64,000 nucleotides of DNA from Octopus vulgaris (lineage: Eukaryota), in contig OX597825.1 in NCBI GenBank assembly GCA_951406725.2, positions 9,424,001 to 9,488,000 of the forward strand. The letters are read 5' to 3'. The number at the start of each line of letters is the position of its first letter. Position 1 is the first letter of the stretch. A program made the position numbers and the translations under genes. Under the pieces are notes generated by a model, which did not search any database, had not been told where the DNA came from, and saw nothing but the letters and a program-made list of their open reading frames with translations. Shown piece by piece: positions 1-15,576 of the stretch.

Positions 1-317
1 AAATCACTTAACTCACTGAATAAATTTAGATGTAAATAAAATATCGTTCGTACGTAGAGCTTACGGTTATAAATAACGGGAAAAAAAAAACAGAATATTG
101 ATTTCCTTCGTAGGGACAAAACCACAATAACTGCATATTGATCAATGACTTATTGAATTTTTAAAGCTATTAGAAATATAATTCACATACTTACTAAAGT
201 TGATGGTTTTTATCCCCCAAGTCAGCTCTGATCAAGTAAACCTATAATCAAATATGTTCCGACTGACTGTCTTCACTTCAGATAGAGTCACAAAGACCAA
301 AGCATCTGATACCTCCT

Positions 318-722
318 TTACTCTTTTACTTGTTTCAGTCATTTGACTGCGGCCATGCTGGAGCACTACCTTTAGTCGAGCAAATCGACCCCAGGACCTA
401 TTCTTTTCTAAGCCTGGTACTTATTTATTGGTCTCTTTTCGCCGAACCGCTAAGTTACAGGGACGTAAACACACCAGCACCGGTTGTCAAGCGATGTTGG
501 GGGGGACAAACACTGACACACAAACATATACACACACATACATACATATATACATATATACGACGGGCTTATTTCAGTTTCCGTCTTCCAAATCCACTCA
601 AAAAGGCTTTGGTCGGCCCGAAGCTATAGTAGAAGATACTTGCCCTAGGTTCCACGCAGTGGGACTGAACCTGGAATCATATGGTTGGTAAGCAAGCTAT
701 TTACCACACAGCCACCCCTACC
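318..722 (-). mobile_element. tRNA-derived SINE, family B (internal CA/TA microsatellite)
   Basis: The minus strand reads a tRNA-like head (GGTGGCTGTGTGGTAA...GGTTCAGTCCC), a body, an internal microsatellite and an AGTAAAAG-repeat tail. Near-identical copies at 37235, 41867, 34080 and 11641. Confidence 0.85.
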
Positions 723-1416
723 CCTTCATTATGATTTTTATGACGGTGTTGTGCGATTGAGGGAAAGTTGGTGATGGCTTATAGCAGATTGTACTATGGC
801 CTACAGGCTACCTTTGTTTCATAGTTACAGCTGTTTTTATTAAGATAATTATGCGCTTCACGAAATAAAATTAGTTCAGAGAGACCAGTTTTATTCATTG
901 AACAACGTATAGGTTTGAAATATGCTATCAAAGGTCTTCAAGCGGCGCTTTTTACAGCGTCTGTATTCTATTGTATTCAATAATATGAAGAACCGTTAAT
1001 ATCGTAAATCTAATTGCTTGTAAAAGTACAAATATAATTTCATTTTCAATTATATTTTATTTGCCAGCTAATAAAACAGCTGGTAGATGAAATAATACTT
1101 ATTAAATGCAATTAAATTACATTAATACTTAATTAGAGTTGATTATTAATTACCCAAAAGTTACTTCAGTAAATACGATTCTGAAGTAGTACAGTTTATT
1201 TGACAATTGTCATTACCAATATAAATAAATATTAGTCTGAACCACAAACTATATATTCGTATTTGTAACAGATTGCTATTCATATACTCTGTTTGCATAA
1301 CCAACATTTCCTGGCGATTTTTTATCGCAACCAATAATTGATTTGAAAACTATGTTTTTAATGTCTGAGTAATTACGACTAAAATTGAATACATTGACAG
1401 AAACACAAAGAAGTCA

Positions 1417-1955
<539 letters not shown>

Positions 1956-2073
1956 TATCATTACTATGGATATTCATAATTAACACTTTGCTTTAATACG
2001 GATTAAAATAGATAACACATTCTGCATTAACTTATTCATGGTATATTTATATGTTTCGGGAATGACAAAGTAA

Positions 2074-2154
<81 letters not shown>

Positions 2155-4580
2155 ACACATGTACGTCTATATGTATATAAATATATATATATATGTATGT
2201 ACATTATATCTTTCTTATTCGAATTATACATTTGTATTTTTAACACATCTAACGAAACTAGAAGTATAATATTAACTTTCCTTATCCACAAAGTTATTTT
2301 TGTTTATCGAATACTACAATAATGCAGCCGTTTCTTGTCATAAAAACAACCATTACGAAAAACCGTGTAGAAAGTTGCGAATCTCTTCTTGAATAAGTAA
2401 AAAGAATTAAAACTTCTGTCATTAAAAATAAAAAAAGAAACCAAAAGAGATCAGATTGCTTTAAAAGAATTATACTATTTGTTGATAAACGATACTGGGA
2501 GACAATTCCAGACATCTTGTCTTCTGCTTCTGATTTTTCGTGACGTATAACCTAGCTCAGCGTTGTATGAAACACTGTCAGTGAAAGAATAAAGTAGAAA
2601 TATTTGAAGAGATCTGTTTTTTTTTTTTTTTGTTTCTGTTTTTTTTTTTTTGTTTTTTGCATTGTCACCATCCTTACTGCGCCGGGATTTTGATATGAAA
2701 AATTGAAATATTTTGCGTTGTAAATTTTCTTTTCTCCAATCCCAGGACTTGTAAGATGAGTCTCGCGCTTCTATGGTGTATAAATAACAGATATTTCTTT
2801 AAGTCACCGTTAGCTGACGGTTCGACAGAACCACCGACAGAATACGCACCAAACTTTAAAAAATAAGTACTGGAGCGATTAGGTTGATTAAATCTGTCAA
2901 AGTTCTGATCCAAAACGGCCGTAATCCATTGACTAAAACAGGTAGAAAGGAAAAAAATAAAAGAACATATTTTTAGTGAAGTTTCAAATAAAACATGTTT
3001 TTAATACTAATTGCACTTCGTTTGGACACGGTTTCTTCGAATATTAGATTCTTCGGCAATCCACAGAAACTGCTTCTATGCTGCGTGTGTTATTACTTAC
3101 ACGGCTTCAGTCACAAATCAGACGGTTGGTACATTCAAAATATAGGGCACAATAGAAATCTACATGAACGATATTAAGATATCGAGTCGAGAGGGACGAT
3201 TAGAAATTTTGGCCCCGGAAGGTTTTAGTTCCGAATCTATGATTACAAAAATAACTAATGTATTATCGCACTTGTTGGTATGGTATACCTGTTGATATAT
3301 GCTATACCAATACATTAAATGACTACGCAAATGATTTATATTTGTTAGCTGTAAACGACATTACACTCGTAACGGACAATTGAATACATAAACGCCACTT
3401 GAATTTTGATGTGACTGAAGGCCTTGATTTCCGGGCAAGTGGAAATAAGATTTCCATACCTTCAAATACTTACCTTATTTTTACCGTAAATGTTAACAAA
3501 TCGAATTTGTTCTGGATCCGAAACGAAGACACTTTCAGGATGTTAATATGCTTGCTCTATTCATTGTCGCCTTCAATGAATACCCATACGTTTCGATTCA
3601 CACAACTGTTTGGATTTAAATAGAGTTCGATAAGATTACATAACACTTCGTACGATATGAAACTTTACTCACTTTTTGAAGAGTTATATCCAATTCATTT
3701 CGACTTCTACGCTGTCGTAGGCTTCAGTCTCATTCGATAAAAGAAATATCTCATTATATGTAAAGGTTGAAAGGAATATCTCCACAGTACGCAACAATTG
3801 TCTTCCAAATAAACGTGTTTGATTGTTCTTCAGTATAAGACAGTTAAGCGAGTGACTCAAAGCGCGATCATGTATAAGGTCATCACTTTTGCTTCTGGAT
3901 CGTACCCCCTGCTTGGCTCGGTTTTACTGTTTATCATTCTCAAATCGGTATATGAACAAATAATGGTTTCAAAGTGAGGCGCAAGACCAACAGTATTGAG
4001 CGAAAGGGTTTAGGCGATACCACTGATCCCAGTATTTGACATACCTGTCAAATACTGGAGTCAGTGGTGCCTGGAGAGATGACAAAATTGATCCGGGGAA
4101 GCGTGGTGGATTTAAACTCAAAATGGAAGCAGCCGGAACCAATGCCACAAAGAACTTTCTCTCGAATATTGTCAGCTCAACTTATTTAATGATTTCTGAG
4201 TTAGAGACGAGGATAGCACATTTTAGTTGAAGGTTTTAGAAGATGCTATCAATTCCAGTACTTCGTTGATAAGTTATTTCATCGAACCGCAAGGATAAAT
4301 GGCAAGTTTGACACCGGCAGCAGTCAAACTCATAACGTAAAGCATTTTGTTCGATGCTCAGCGCATTTTTTAATGCGTCCCTCGGGAAATATGAAACAAT
4401 AAATCAAGTAATACCTTGCAGTAGTTGTAGTTGTAGACATCTCCACGACAACATGGACAGTCTGTAAATAATAAAATAATATTGCCATTAGTTCTAACAT
4501 TGAGTGAATGACCATAGAATATGGTCATTCAATATTAGCCCATCTTCAACATTGAATTATTCAAATATGGATTGTATATA

Positions 4581-4995
4581 TTTCGTTACTACCCACAAGA
4601 GGCTAAACACGGAGGGAACAAACAAGGACAGACAAGCGGATTAAGTCGATTACAACAACCACAGTGCGTAACTGGTACTTAATTTATCGACCCCGAAAGG
4701 ATGAAAGGCAAAGTGGACCTCGGCGGAATTTGAACCCAGAACGTAAAGACAGACGAAATACCTATTTCTTTACTACCCACAAGGGGCTAAACACAGAGTG
4801 GACAAACAAGGACAGACAAACGGATTAAGTCGATTATGTCGACCTCAGTGCGTAACTGGTACTTATTTAATCGACCCCGAAAGGATGAAAGGCAAAGTCG
4901 ACCTCGGCGGAATTTGAACCCAGAACGTAACAGCAGATGAAATACGGCTACGCATTTCGCCCGGCGTGCTAACGATTCTGCCAGCTCGCCGCCTT
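4581..4995 (-). mobile_element. tRNA-derived SINE, family A, tandem dimer
   Basis: Minus-strand head GGCGGCGAGCTGGCAGAATCGTTAGC, B-box GGTTCAAATTCC and core GCCTTTCATCCTTTCGGGGTCGAT (resembles the MetaSINE core). A second head-less unit is joined at about 4762. Confidence 0.88.
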
Positions 4996-7134
4996 GTGTA
5001 TTGTATAGTCTCTACAGCAATTTGGATTGTAGCAGTTGTAGAGAAATATGACCCTGCTGTGGATATCATATATCCGAAATAAATGTGTTTTCTTAATAAC
5101 TGTCACGTTGAATGAATGTAAAATAGGACACAGTTAGGAAAAGATTTATTCTAGTGTCATCTTGACCAACAACATAATCAGACAAACAGAGAATCAATCG
5201 ATCGATCGGTCAACCTATTAGAGGAGATATCACGAATATTTCCTTATCTTTAACTTGGCGTTGTCTGGAAGTAACGGTAACCGATGAACTAGGTGTATGG
5301 CGAACAAGATATCCGGGTGATTTAAATATTTCATTATTATTCAGCATTGAAGTAATTACGAAATAATAATGCTTTTTTTTAATATATCCCATGTGATTGA
5401 AAGCGTCACAATTTTTATCCAACCTAAATCTACATTACCCAAGTCCATTAAGAATATTGTTTATGCACGAGAATAACCACGTTTGAATATTACAACTAAA
5501 CTATCAAAGAAGTAATTTAGAAAGAAAAATGAAAATAGAATGTGTCGATGGAATATTCTTTCAAGGCTACAGATGTGTGAATACTTCTAACGCTTCTAGT
5601 CTAATTATATTTCCTCAAATTCAACATTAACACTAATTGTGTGAAAATTGATTGAACTTTCGAAGGAAAATAAGTAAATTAACTCTTAATTAATTGGAGT
5701 GGTATGAATTTAAATTTCCTCAAATAATTAACGAAGAATATATTGAATTAATAACTAAAAAAAACAAATTCTTAATTTATTTAAAGTTGTTAATGTTATA
5801 AAATTCAAATGCAGAAAATATTGGAATAATATGCATGTGACTAGAAAAGGAAAAATATTTTCATATAAGGTGTTTGGGAAATGAAATGTATTTTCCAATG
5901 CTATAATTATATTCTTTATATGGAATTTACATTTCTTTAGTTACTATTGAATATTCTCTTGCATATCATTTTGACATAACTCTATAAAAATCGTTTGTAT
6001 TGAAATGTTAACTTATTACTTATTTGGTTGTATTCTGAAAATTATTTTACTATGGCACTATTTTCTGTCACGAATTAATGTTTTCTTCACACATTTTCTG
6101 TTTCGTCGGTCGTTAATCCTTATATTTAAAACTTAGGTCGTTTTGATAGACATAGGAGTAGACAGCCAGAAAGAAAATGTAGATAAAGAGACAGATGGGT
6201 GCATATATTTATCTTAAAATAATATAATTATTTAAAACGCCACAGAGCTAAATAATAAACTAATTGGTAATATTTTAATAATTATATAATGCGATGTTTA
6301 GTAAACAAGTAACTTTATAGACTGCCTGAAATTGAATGCCAGCGTCAAAGATTTAACTTAATATTGCTTAAAAATCTGTAAAAATAGAAATTGCTATTCA
6401 GTTGAAATAATAAAATAAATGCAAAATATTATCATAGCGTCAAAGTTAATTTAGAGCTTTAATATGGTAACGACGAAACAAATTTTAAATAATATTTAAA
6501 AATCAAGATAAAAATAGATGTATTGTGATTCTATTTGGAGACTGTAATTTTGGCGCTAACTTTCACCCACATGCTGTTTAAAAGGATGAAGATCACATCT
6601 TTTGGTTACATCATTTCCAGATATCAATGTACCTATTACCACTTTTTAAGAGAGATAGGCATGTATCAAATTATGTTTCCGAAGATATAATGAAATAGAT
6701 TTAAAGCTGAATTGCACGAATTATCAATACACTAATTAGTGTATATGGTCATTTCAAAAGAGATACAAGTAAGTTGCTAGCTAAATTATCATATAAATAG
6801 AATATATAATGTCAGCGTCATAAGAAAATATTCAAGTATTTCAGATGTGTTAATAATAAAATATATAAAATCACAATAAATATGACAGGATTCGATGTTT
6901 TGTGATCTTTGTTCTGGAGCAAATTAAACGTATCTGCTGTTGATAATTCAAAACCATGCCACTTAGCCAACGTCATGAGATGATATTGCTGCCATGTATA
7001 AATTACTAGCGTAATGGATGTCCAGTTACAGTCCATCCCTGTTATATAATAGTTTCACTTTAATAGTTTCAGTATTAAAGTGAAAGCATGTGACATTACA
7101 ATAGAGAGATGGTTTTGTTTCACTTTTAACACGT

Positions 7135-7330
7135 AATACTGAAATAGGGGAGAAGATATGATATTGATGTGGGCTCGCACTAGGTAAAAAGTTAAAAAGA
7201 TTTTTTGCCCATGACACTACATGGACCCTAAGTAAGGCATGTGTAAAATTTGAATGAAATTGGTTGTGTAGTTCTCAAGTTTTATGGATTCACACAGATA
7301 GACAGACATTCTCAGTTTTATATATATAGA
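7135..7330 (-). mobile_element. non-autonomous Helitron-like element, 5' portion
   Basis: The minus strand starts TCTATATATATAAAACTGAGAATGTCTGTCT; the same 24-nt start occurs at 60079 (+). Confidence 0.5.
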
Positions 7331-8687
7331 TAGTTATAACATGAAATATTTGAAGCAAAATGGTGACGGGAATTAGTAAGAATGGAAATCTTTGAATGCT
7401 GAAATATCATTCTTCAGCTAATGGCCATCTATATGTCTCATTATTTTATCGAAATCCTTCTACAGGTGTATTGAAACATAACGACATATTTCACAATTAA
7501 TAAATATGCAGGCAATAGTTTCAGTCTCAAACTTCAGGTTGTTTAAAAATATAATACAAATATAGTGGATATTTTTTGTTCATCAAACAAGGAATTCATA
7601 AAATATTGCTACGTTTATCTGTTAGTAAATGAAAGTAATCACCTTGTTTAAGATTTCCATGGTATGATATGATGCGCACTAGTAACTTGGTATAGCTTAT
7701 GAGCACCTGAACTTAATTTCATCGGCAATGCAAGCAAAGTTGATTGAATGACATTTTTCTTTTCTAGAGTGAATATTTTCTAAATTTTCTAGTACATTCT
7801 AATGGCAGTTGGGTGAACTTCCATTACATATTTTAATGTCTTTTGCTTAGTCTATGAAATAATCACTTTGAACACCAAATCAATTATCATCGTACGAGTT
7901 AGTTAGAAGGTATGTGTTATAAAATTAAAAATCTGTTAGCAATTCCTTCGAAGAAATTGTGAGATGAATATAGGAAGAGAGGAACTCTAAAAGAAAAGTC
8001 TGTTCTGTAGTTGCCTGTTTGTTGCCTGCATGATGCACTAGTCGCATGTATATAGAATAAAGAGTGCTATAGGGGATAGAAGGGCACTAATTAGTTGGAT
8101 CGACATAATAATAAACTCAACATTTCTCTAATGAAATTATGCATTTATCTAATTGATGTCATAAATTTCAACTATGTGAAGTCGACCTGAATTTAGCTCT
8201 CTAAAGATGTCAGAACATACCTATCACGGAATTTTCGCAATTGCTTTGTGTCTTTCCAAAATGTATACCAGCAATTATTTACAAAATTTACCAGGAAAAC
8301 ATTTTAAAGTATCTTCAATTAATCCATTGATTTCTTTTTGCCTTTTTGATCATTTTAAAGTGCTGTACACGAAATATTTTTTACTCATGAGATCAGTTTA
8401 TGTAAAAATAACAAATATGGGGTCAGTTGTAAAACTAACATAAAATCAAACTAGCATCAAATTTAATTAGTGAATTAAATCTGAAAACTAACGAAATTTT
8501 TGAGCCCTCCAAATAATTACTACTCGACGTGTTCCTCAAATATAGGCAAGTACATCCACATGTACACACACGCACACACACACACATACACACATATGTA
8601 TATACATGCATATAGACAGATGGACAGAAACTTATATTCATACAGAGACGCATATATAAGTATATGTACGTATGTATATATATATAA

Positions 8688-8736
<49 letters not shown>

Positions 8737-8811
8737 TATGTATATATGTATGTATATATATATACATAAATTATATATATATATATATACATATATATAC
8801 ACATATATATG

Positions 8812-8849
<38 letters not shown>

Positions 8850-8885
8850 AGCGTATGCGAGCGCTTGCTCTCTCACACACACACG

Positions 8886-8917
<32 letters not shown>

Positions 8918-9090
8918 TATATACACGTAGGCATAGAAACTGCACGTATGTTGCGAGCTGTTTCAAAACTGCTCTAGCTTATTGATTGTTTTCTCTCAGC
9001 TTTGTAGATTTTAAATATTCAAATCACATTGTAACTTGTTTGTTTGTCTTTGGTCTCAAACCAATTTAGAGACTACTCTATCTCTCTTCT

Positions 9091-9124
<34 letters not shown>

Positions 9125-9309
9125 CCGGGTCTCTCTCTTTCTCCCTCTCTCTCTCTATCTCTCTGCTTCAGTATTTTATTTATTTTCGTTTGTCTCACTC
9201 CTTGACTGTTCCTTCGAACGTACATATATTTTTTTATTAAAACTTTCCATTCAATCTCAATAAGAATATAAAAATAATAATGAAAATAACAATAAGATGC
9301 AGAAGAACG

Positions 9310-9378
9310 ATGATGAGGAGGAGGAGGAAGATGTGGAGGAGGAGGAAGAGGCATAAGGGGAGGAGGAGGACGACGGCG

Positions 9379-9409
<31 letters not shown>

Positions 9410-9432
9410 TGATGATGATAATGATGATGATA

Positions 9433-9489
<57 letters not shown>

Positions 9490-9492
9490 ATA
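9310..9492. repeat. (GAG)n(GAC)n(GAT)n compound trinucleotide repeat
   Basis: Read directly from the sequence. Confidence 0.95.
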
Positions 9493-10479
9493 ATTTTTTT
9501 CTGTAGCACAAGGAAGGCCTAAAATTTCGCCAGACAGATGGTCGCTTGAATCACCAAACTCACTCGGATTTCATGAAATCCTTTAAAAGTGGGATTTAGA
9601 CAAAAGTGAATAATTAAAAAGAGATTTAAAAAAAAGTAAAGAAACAAATGAAATATGAATCCCAAAAGGAGGGCATATGTCGACTCTGGATTATCCCTAC
9701 TTTCAAACGCTAGTGCCCTTTCAACATCTAATAATCAGGTCAGGAGATAATCCTCGTCATTTGCCGAAGAGAATAATATCGTTTATTCGAAGTAAGCCTT
9801 CTACGTTTTACTGTTTCGGATAACTGTGTGCGTATGATATGGCTACATATACATGAGTATTCAAGAAAAAGACAAGAACTCATACAATCAGTTGGAAGAT
9901 TTGTAGCACGAAGTCTACTTCATCTACAAATGATTTGTATGAAACTGGTGAAATTGATGTAAACTTTTCTGGACAGATGAGTTGATATGTTTCTTATCAT
10001 GAATCCATTACTACGTAAAGTAATGTTCATCGTTTGACGATTCCATAAATATATAAAATATTGATATAACTTGTTGAACGTAAAATATAAAATCGACGAT
10101 AAAATTGTGAAACATTTCATCATTTATTTCTCTCCAAGCAAATATTTACGATATAATTATGTTTAATCTCAATATATCAAAAATCATTTAGAAAACAATT
10201 AAATGTATACTTTGAATTCAAACCTTTGACCAGGGTCAGAAGACGCAACAATATTATTTATGAGGCCATCTCCTGTGAGTACTAAATTATTGGGTTTCGA
10301 TTTTACTTTGAAAAGCTTCTGTAAATACTCCGGCATCAACCATATTTATATAAATTGGATGTCATATAACAAGATAATTGACCTTCAACACTGTATTCAG
10401 CCGTCTTGATGAAGTACCTGGATGGCTTTTACTGGGAGAAAAACTATGACTGCCTCACAAAAAACACTAAACAAGCAAT

Positions 10480-10710
10480 ACTTGACACATCAAATCCCAT
10501 TGAATGGTTTTAATTTGATTAACTGTGACGTGTCTGCCTAAATTCAACATCAATGGAGTAACACCAACATACAGTGGAAAGCTATCATCATTAAATATAT
10601 TCAAAGAAATATCTATCATCTCACCACAATAGATGACGAGTGTCGAGGCTGAAACAATGCACCACATTCTATCAAGATGTCCTATACTAACTACCCGTGA
10701 CTGTTTGGAG
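10480..10710 (+). mobile_element. R4/Dong-like non-LTR retrotransposon relic (zinc-knuckle region)
   Basis: Frameshifted translation IQWKAIIIKYIQRNIYHLTTIDDECR / AETMHHILSRCPILTTRD resembles CR.C...ET..HI.S.CP.L of RLE-type LINEs. Confidence 0.6.
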
Positions 10711-11640
10711 GAACGGAAGACATAGCTCTCAAAATTCAGATCTAGCCCGAACGTGCGAGAACCAGTACAAATGCTCTATAATAAGCAACCAAAGAGCAGG
10801 TGATGGTGCTGAACAGATCAATGGATTTTGTCTCCCAACCAAGAACACAAAGCCAAATGAGCTGGAACAAATAACGCAATGTAACTTGCTTGAATCTCTG
10901 ATATTTTTTCAATTCCTCTAGACTAGATGGTATTATATTTTATCAACCAGGACAGGCTAAAAAAAAGCAAATTGGACATTGACAGTACTTAAACTCAGTT
11001 GAAATAAATACTGAAAGACAAAAGGTTTCTGTTATAATTATTGGTTTTATTGATTTTAATGTTAGTGATAATGATAATGTTGCTGGCGGTAACGGAGACG
11101 GAGGTGTCGTTGTTCCTATAATCGCTGCTTTGACTGACAGAGCAATCACAAATGTTGTTCTCATGTTCTTTTATTCTGTTATCGATATTGATTTTGTTTG
11201 TGATAGTTTTCTGGTGATTGTTGGCACTGGTGCTGGTGCTGGTGCTGAGCACCAAATCAGTCTTCGTCTTGTAGATCTATGGTCAAAGAGGTTTCTAGCC
11301 GTGACTGTGTCATCGGTGCTACAGGTGTTAATCTCATGAATGATCTCAACACGATTTTGGTGCTGTCAGTGACAATGTTAGAGCCGGTGACCATTCAGAT
11401 ATCCTTCGATCACTTCTCTTCAATTCTGTCCTGAAGTAATATACTGGTCTTTGATGATATGGCACTCCCAGTTTCAGGTATTTAATTCATAGCTCGTCTC
11501 TTTGACGGATCTGCTGTCCTAGATCAGACGAAGACCAAAACAAGTCGACTGGAAACTAGAATAATTTTAAGCTCTTGTACGCATTAAAATTCGAAAATAT
11601 CTTCCGGTAAAACTTCCAAGGAAGATATTTATGTATATAT

Positions 11641-11764
11641 AGGCGCAAGAGATGTTCTATAGTAAGTAGCTTGGGCAAGTGTCTTCTAATATAGCCTCAG
11701 GCCGACCAAAGACTTGTGAAAGTATTTGGTAGACGGAAACTGAAAGGAGCCCGTCGTATATAAT

Positions 11765-11822
<58 letters not shown>

Positions 11823-12070
11823 TGTGTGTATGTTTGTTTGTGTGTGTGTGTGTGTATGTGTTTTTGTGTGTGCGTTTGTCCCTCAGCATCGCTTGACAAC
11901 CGATGTTGGTGTGTTTACGTCCCCGTAACGTAGCGGTTCGGCAAAAGACAACGATAGAATAAGTACTAGGTTTACAAAGAATAAGTCCTGGGGTCGATTT
12001 GTTCGACTAAAGGTGGTGCCTCAGCATGGCCGCAGAAATGACTAAAACTAATAAAAGCGTAAAAGAATAA
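11641..12070 (+). mobile_element. SINE family B with a deletion in the head
   Basis: Matches the reverse complement of 37235-37626; the internal (TA)n(TG)n is expanded. Confidence 0.85.
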
Positions 12071-12405
12071 AAGGTATACATGCATACATATATGCATGTC
12101 TGTCAGGGTGTGAACCTATATACGTATATGTGCGTGTGCATATATATATTCATACGTACTTATCTATTTACATTTATATATATTTGTTCGATGATATGTC
12201 GATATTTCAACTGAATGTAAGTAGTTTTGTAATATATATCAGACACACATCATCATGACCTTTGATTATTCTATTAGTTTAATTCATTATTAGAAACAAT
12301 AGTTTCTATCTTAACTTTACTGCATACTGGTAGGTGTATATATATATACATGTATATGTATGCATCTATTTATGTATTTATTCATGTATTTATATATATA
12401 TATAT

Positions 12406-12714
12406 GTTTTGTTTGTTTGTTCCTTCTCGAGCCATGAGTGGCTCATAAGGGCCGGTTTCCCGATTTCCTTGGCGTACAGGTTCCTCACCTGGACGGGACG
12501 CCGGTCTGTCGCGGGTGAGCTGCAAGATGGAGGAGGAAAGAGTGAGAGAAAGTTGTGGTGAAAGAATCAGCAGAAGTTCGCCATTACCTTCTGCCGGAGC
12601 TGCGTGGAGCTTAGGTGTTTCGCTCATAAACACAAACATCGCCCGGTCTGAGATTCGAACCCGCGATCCCTCGACCGTCAGTCCGGTGCTCTAACCACTA
12701 GGCCATGTGCCTCC
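12406..12714 (-). mobile_element. tRNA-derived SINE, family C (head 1, tail Y)
   Basis: Minus strand GGAGGCACATGGCCTAGTGGTTAGAGC...GGTTCGAATC (A and B boxes) with a (AAAC)n tail; the head and core are shared with 14522. Confidence 0.8.
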
Positions 12715-12775
<61 letters not shown>

Positions 12776-12783
12776 TATATATT

Positions 12784-12884
<101 letters not shown>

Positions 12885-13611
12885 CTATATAAAAGTAAAA
12901 AAAAAGCGCAAGACAGAAATAGGTGAAGGGAAAGTAATCAGGGTGCATTACTTTGACGCCCAGGAAGAATGGCAAAAATCTTTGACGTTTCGAGCCGAGA
13001 CCCTTCTATAGGAGGAATGAGGATGAAAACGAGATACAGAGAGGACAAAGATCAAGAGAACGGAAAAAAGAAAAGGAAAGAAAGTACAACTATATATATG
13101 ATTTTGGTAATAAATAGTTGTCTGTTTGTGTGACTGTCATTGAATATCCATAAATATCTGCTAAATAGTCATAGTACGGTGAAATAAAATGTAGGAATGA
13201 TTTTTATGTAAATAAGTTATCTTCTCTGCATGCCTACCACACAGCAACCGAAAAGCCATCAATTATATTATGGAATCAGCAGAGAAGCATCACAAGTAAT
13301 ACTTATATTACCTGTGTAGAATCAATTTATCTTTTTTTCGTGCAGCGCTAATATTTAATAATTTCTTATTAATACTTAAGTGGTCATTGATTGGCAAGGA
13401 AGTTCTGATATCGCACTGGTAATAATTTTGATTAAAATGTCAGCTCTACTCGTTTGGTGTATACTTAATCTCATATAGTGCAAAAGGATACCGAAGAAAA
13501 TTGTTCTCTTTTGCCAACGATTGTTCTCTTGTTGTCACAAATATACATACACACACAAAGATACGTGGGAGACAAACAATCTGTGTACATATATGTGTGT
13601 GTGTTATTCTT

Positions 13612-14005
13612 TTCTACTCTAGGATGTCAGTCGATTACATCGACCACAGTACTCAACTGGTACATATCGATCCCGAAAGGAGGAAAGGCAAAGTCTACCA
13701 CGGCGGAATTTGAAGTCCGATCGTAACGGCACACGAAATACCACTAAGCATTTCACCCGGAGTGCTAACGTTTCTATTTCTTTGTTGCCCACATGATGCT
13801 AAACATAGAGAGGACAACGAAGGACAGACAAACAGATTAAGTCGATTACATCGAACCCATGCGCAACTGGTACTTATTTTATCGACCCTAAAAGGATGAA
13901 AGACAAAGTCGACCACGGCGGAATTTGAACTCAGAACGTAGCGGCAGACGAAATGCGGCTAAGCATTTCGCCCGACGTGCTAACGTTTCTGCCAGCTCGC
14001 TGCCT
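13612..14005 (-). mobile_element. SINE family A, two adjacent copies
   Basis: Similar to 4765-4995; junction at about 13772. Confidence 0.85.
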
Positions 14006-14521
14006 TTGTGCGTGTGTGTTATTAATAAAGAAACATGACGTAGGGAGAGTGTGCAGCGGGTGCATTTTTGAACAAGAGTATCACATATTAACACTGTTCC
14101 TTCTACTTCTGTTTCATGTGAAAAGCACCCGAATGACAAAGATAATAAGAGGACAGAGAGTAACCGGTTTAATAAGTTTTATATAAAGCACACAGACACA
14201 CACACGTTTATATTTACACATACACAATGCCCCTGTGTATGTGTGTGCGTGTGTCTGTGAGAGAGAGAGAGGGAGAGAGAGAGTCTGCTTACGGTTTCTA
14301 TCGATTACTCTACACTCCTTCCCTCTTAATAGGTCATATTGAGACGAAGCTAAAAATAATTCTATAAATCTTAAATCTCCAGATTTTAGATTTTCAACAC
14401 CATTACAATTGTTTCATGTTACAAACTATATCTTATTATAAGATATAACAAAATTACTTAGAGTTGTTGAAGACCAAATGGAGAAACCCTAAATTCTGAT
14501 CATATTTATATATTTATGTGT

Positions 14522-14905
14522 GGAGGCACAATGGCCCAGTGGTTAGGGCAGCGGACTCGAAGTCGTTGGATCGCGGTTTCGATTCCCAGACCGGGCGTTG
14601 TGAGTGTTTATTGAGCGAAAACACCTAAAAGCTCCACGAGCCTCCGGCAGGGGATGGTGGTGATCCCTGCTGTACTCTTTCACCACAACTTTCTCTCACT
14701 CTTACTTCCTGTTTCTGTTGTACCTGTATTTCAAAGGGCCGGCCTTGTCACTCTCTCTGTGTCACGCTGAATATCCCCAAGAACTACGTTAAGGGTACAC
14801 GTGTCTGTGGAGTGCTCAGCCACTTACACGTTAATTTCACGAGCAGGCTGTTCCGTTGATCGGATCAACCGGAACCCTCGTCGTCGTAACCGACGGAGTG
14901 CTTCC
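14522..14905 (+). mobile_element. tRNA-derived SINE, family C (head 1, tail X)
   Basis: GGAGGCACAATGGCCCAGTGGTTAGGGC head; the tail (CCTGTATTTCAAAGGG...GTAACCGACGGAGTG) is shared with about 46087-46262. Confidence 0.82.
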
Positions 14906-15576
14906 CCATCCATATATTTATGTCATTGTCGTACAAGACAGTATTATTCCCAATCACATTACCAACAACAAATACAGTAACAGGGGGGACTTATTTAATC
15001 CGAAGCAGAGATGTTGGCTTTCCGCTGGCACTTTGTTCAACAGGTCTGAGAATGCGATGGACATTAAGATGCAGCAGACAAATAATGGGATCCACGGAGA
15101 GGTTACTGATAATTTCCTGTACACACTCTACAGCTCTGCTCAGTTCAGGGTTTAAGAGTTTTGCCAGATACGAACAACGATATTGGCGTTTAGGGACCCT
15201 AACAAATTGAGTCAGGACAGATTCCCTCTCATGATGTTCATTATGGAGATGAATCACAAACGTGGCTTTGATGGGATTATGATCAATTTGGATCAATCGA
15301 AGGCTTTCGGTTGGATCACCCATTGATAATTTGAGGTTGGTTTGAATAAGACAGATATCAAGTCAAAATGATTTTCAAAGTTTGGGTCGTTTTAATACAC
15401 GCCATGTCTAGGAATTGCTTAAAATAATATTCCTTAACTCTGGAAGCTGGAAGCCACCTTCTTTGAACTTGTTTGCGAAAGATTGGTGTCGAAGTATGCA
15501 GAAGTTGTCACCGTAATACTGTCTAAAAGTGCAGATATCGTTTTTAAGGAATACAAGGCAGTGGCAGGAACATTGT

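Noticed and set aside
2294-3177. Short ORFs in non-repetitive DNA as host exons
   Set aside because: No recognisable domain and no convincing splice-bounded frame; a UTR or lncRNA cannot be excluded.
6818-7217. ORFs of 63-72 aa
   Set aside because: No homology recognised, and one overlaps a Helitron-like fragment.
12640-12714. tRNA gene
   Set aside because: A and B boxes are present but there is no acceptor stem, and it continues into a SINE body. The same applies to the other SINE heads.
14856-15323. Overlapping 96-110 aa ORFs
   Set aside because: Only a faint resemblance to a LINE C-terminus (GTLFN...DNFL); too weak to call.
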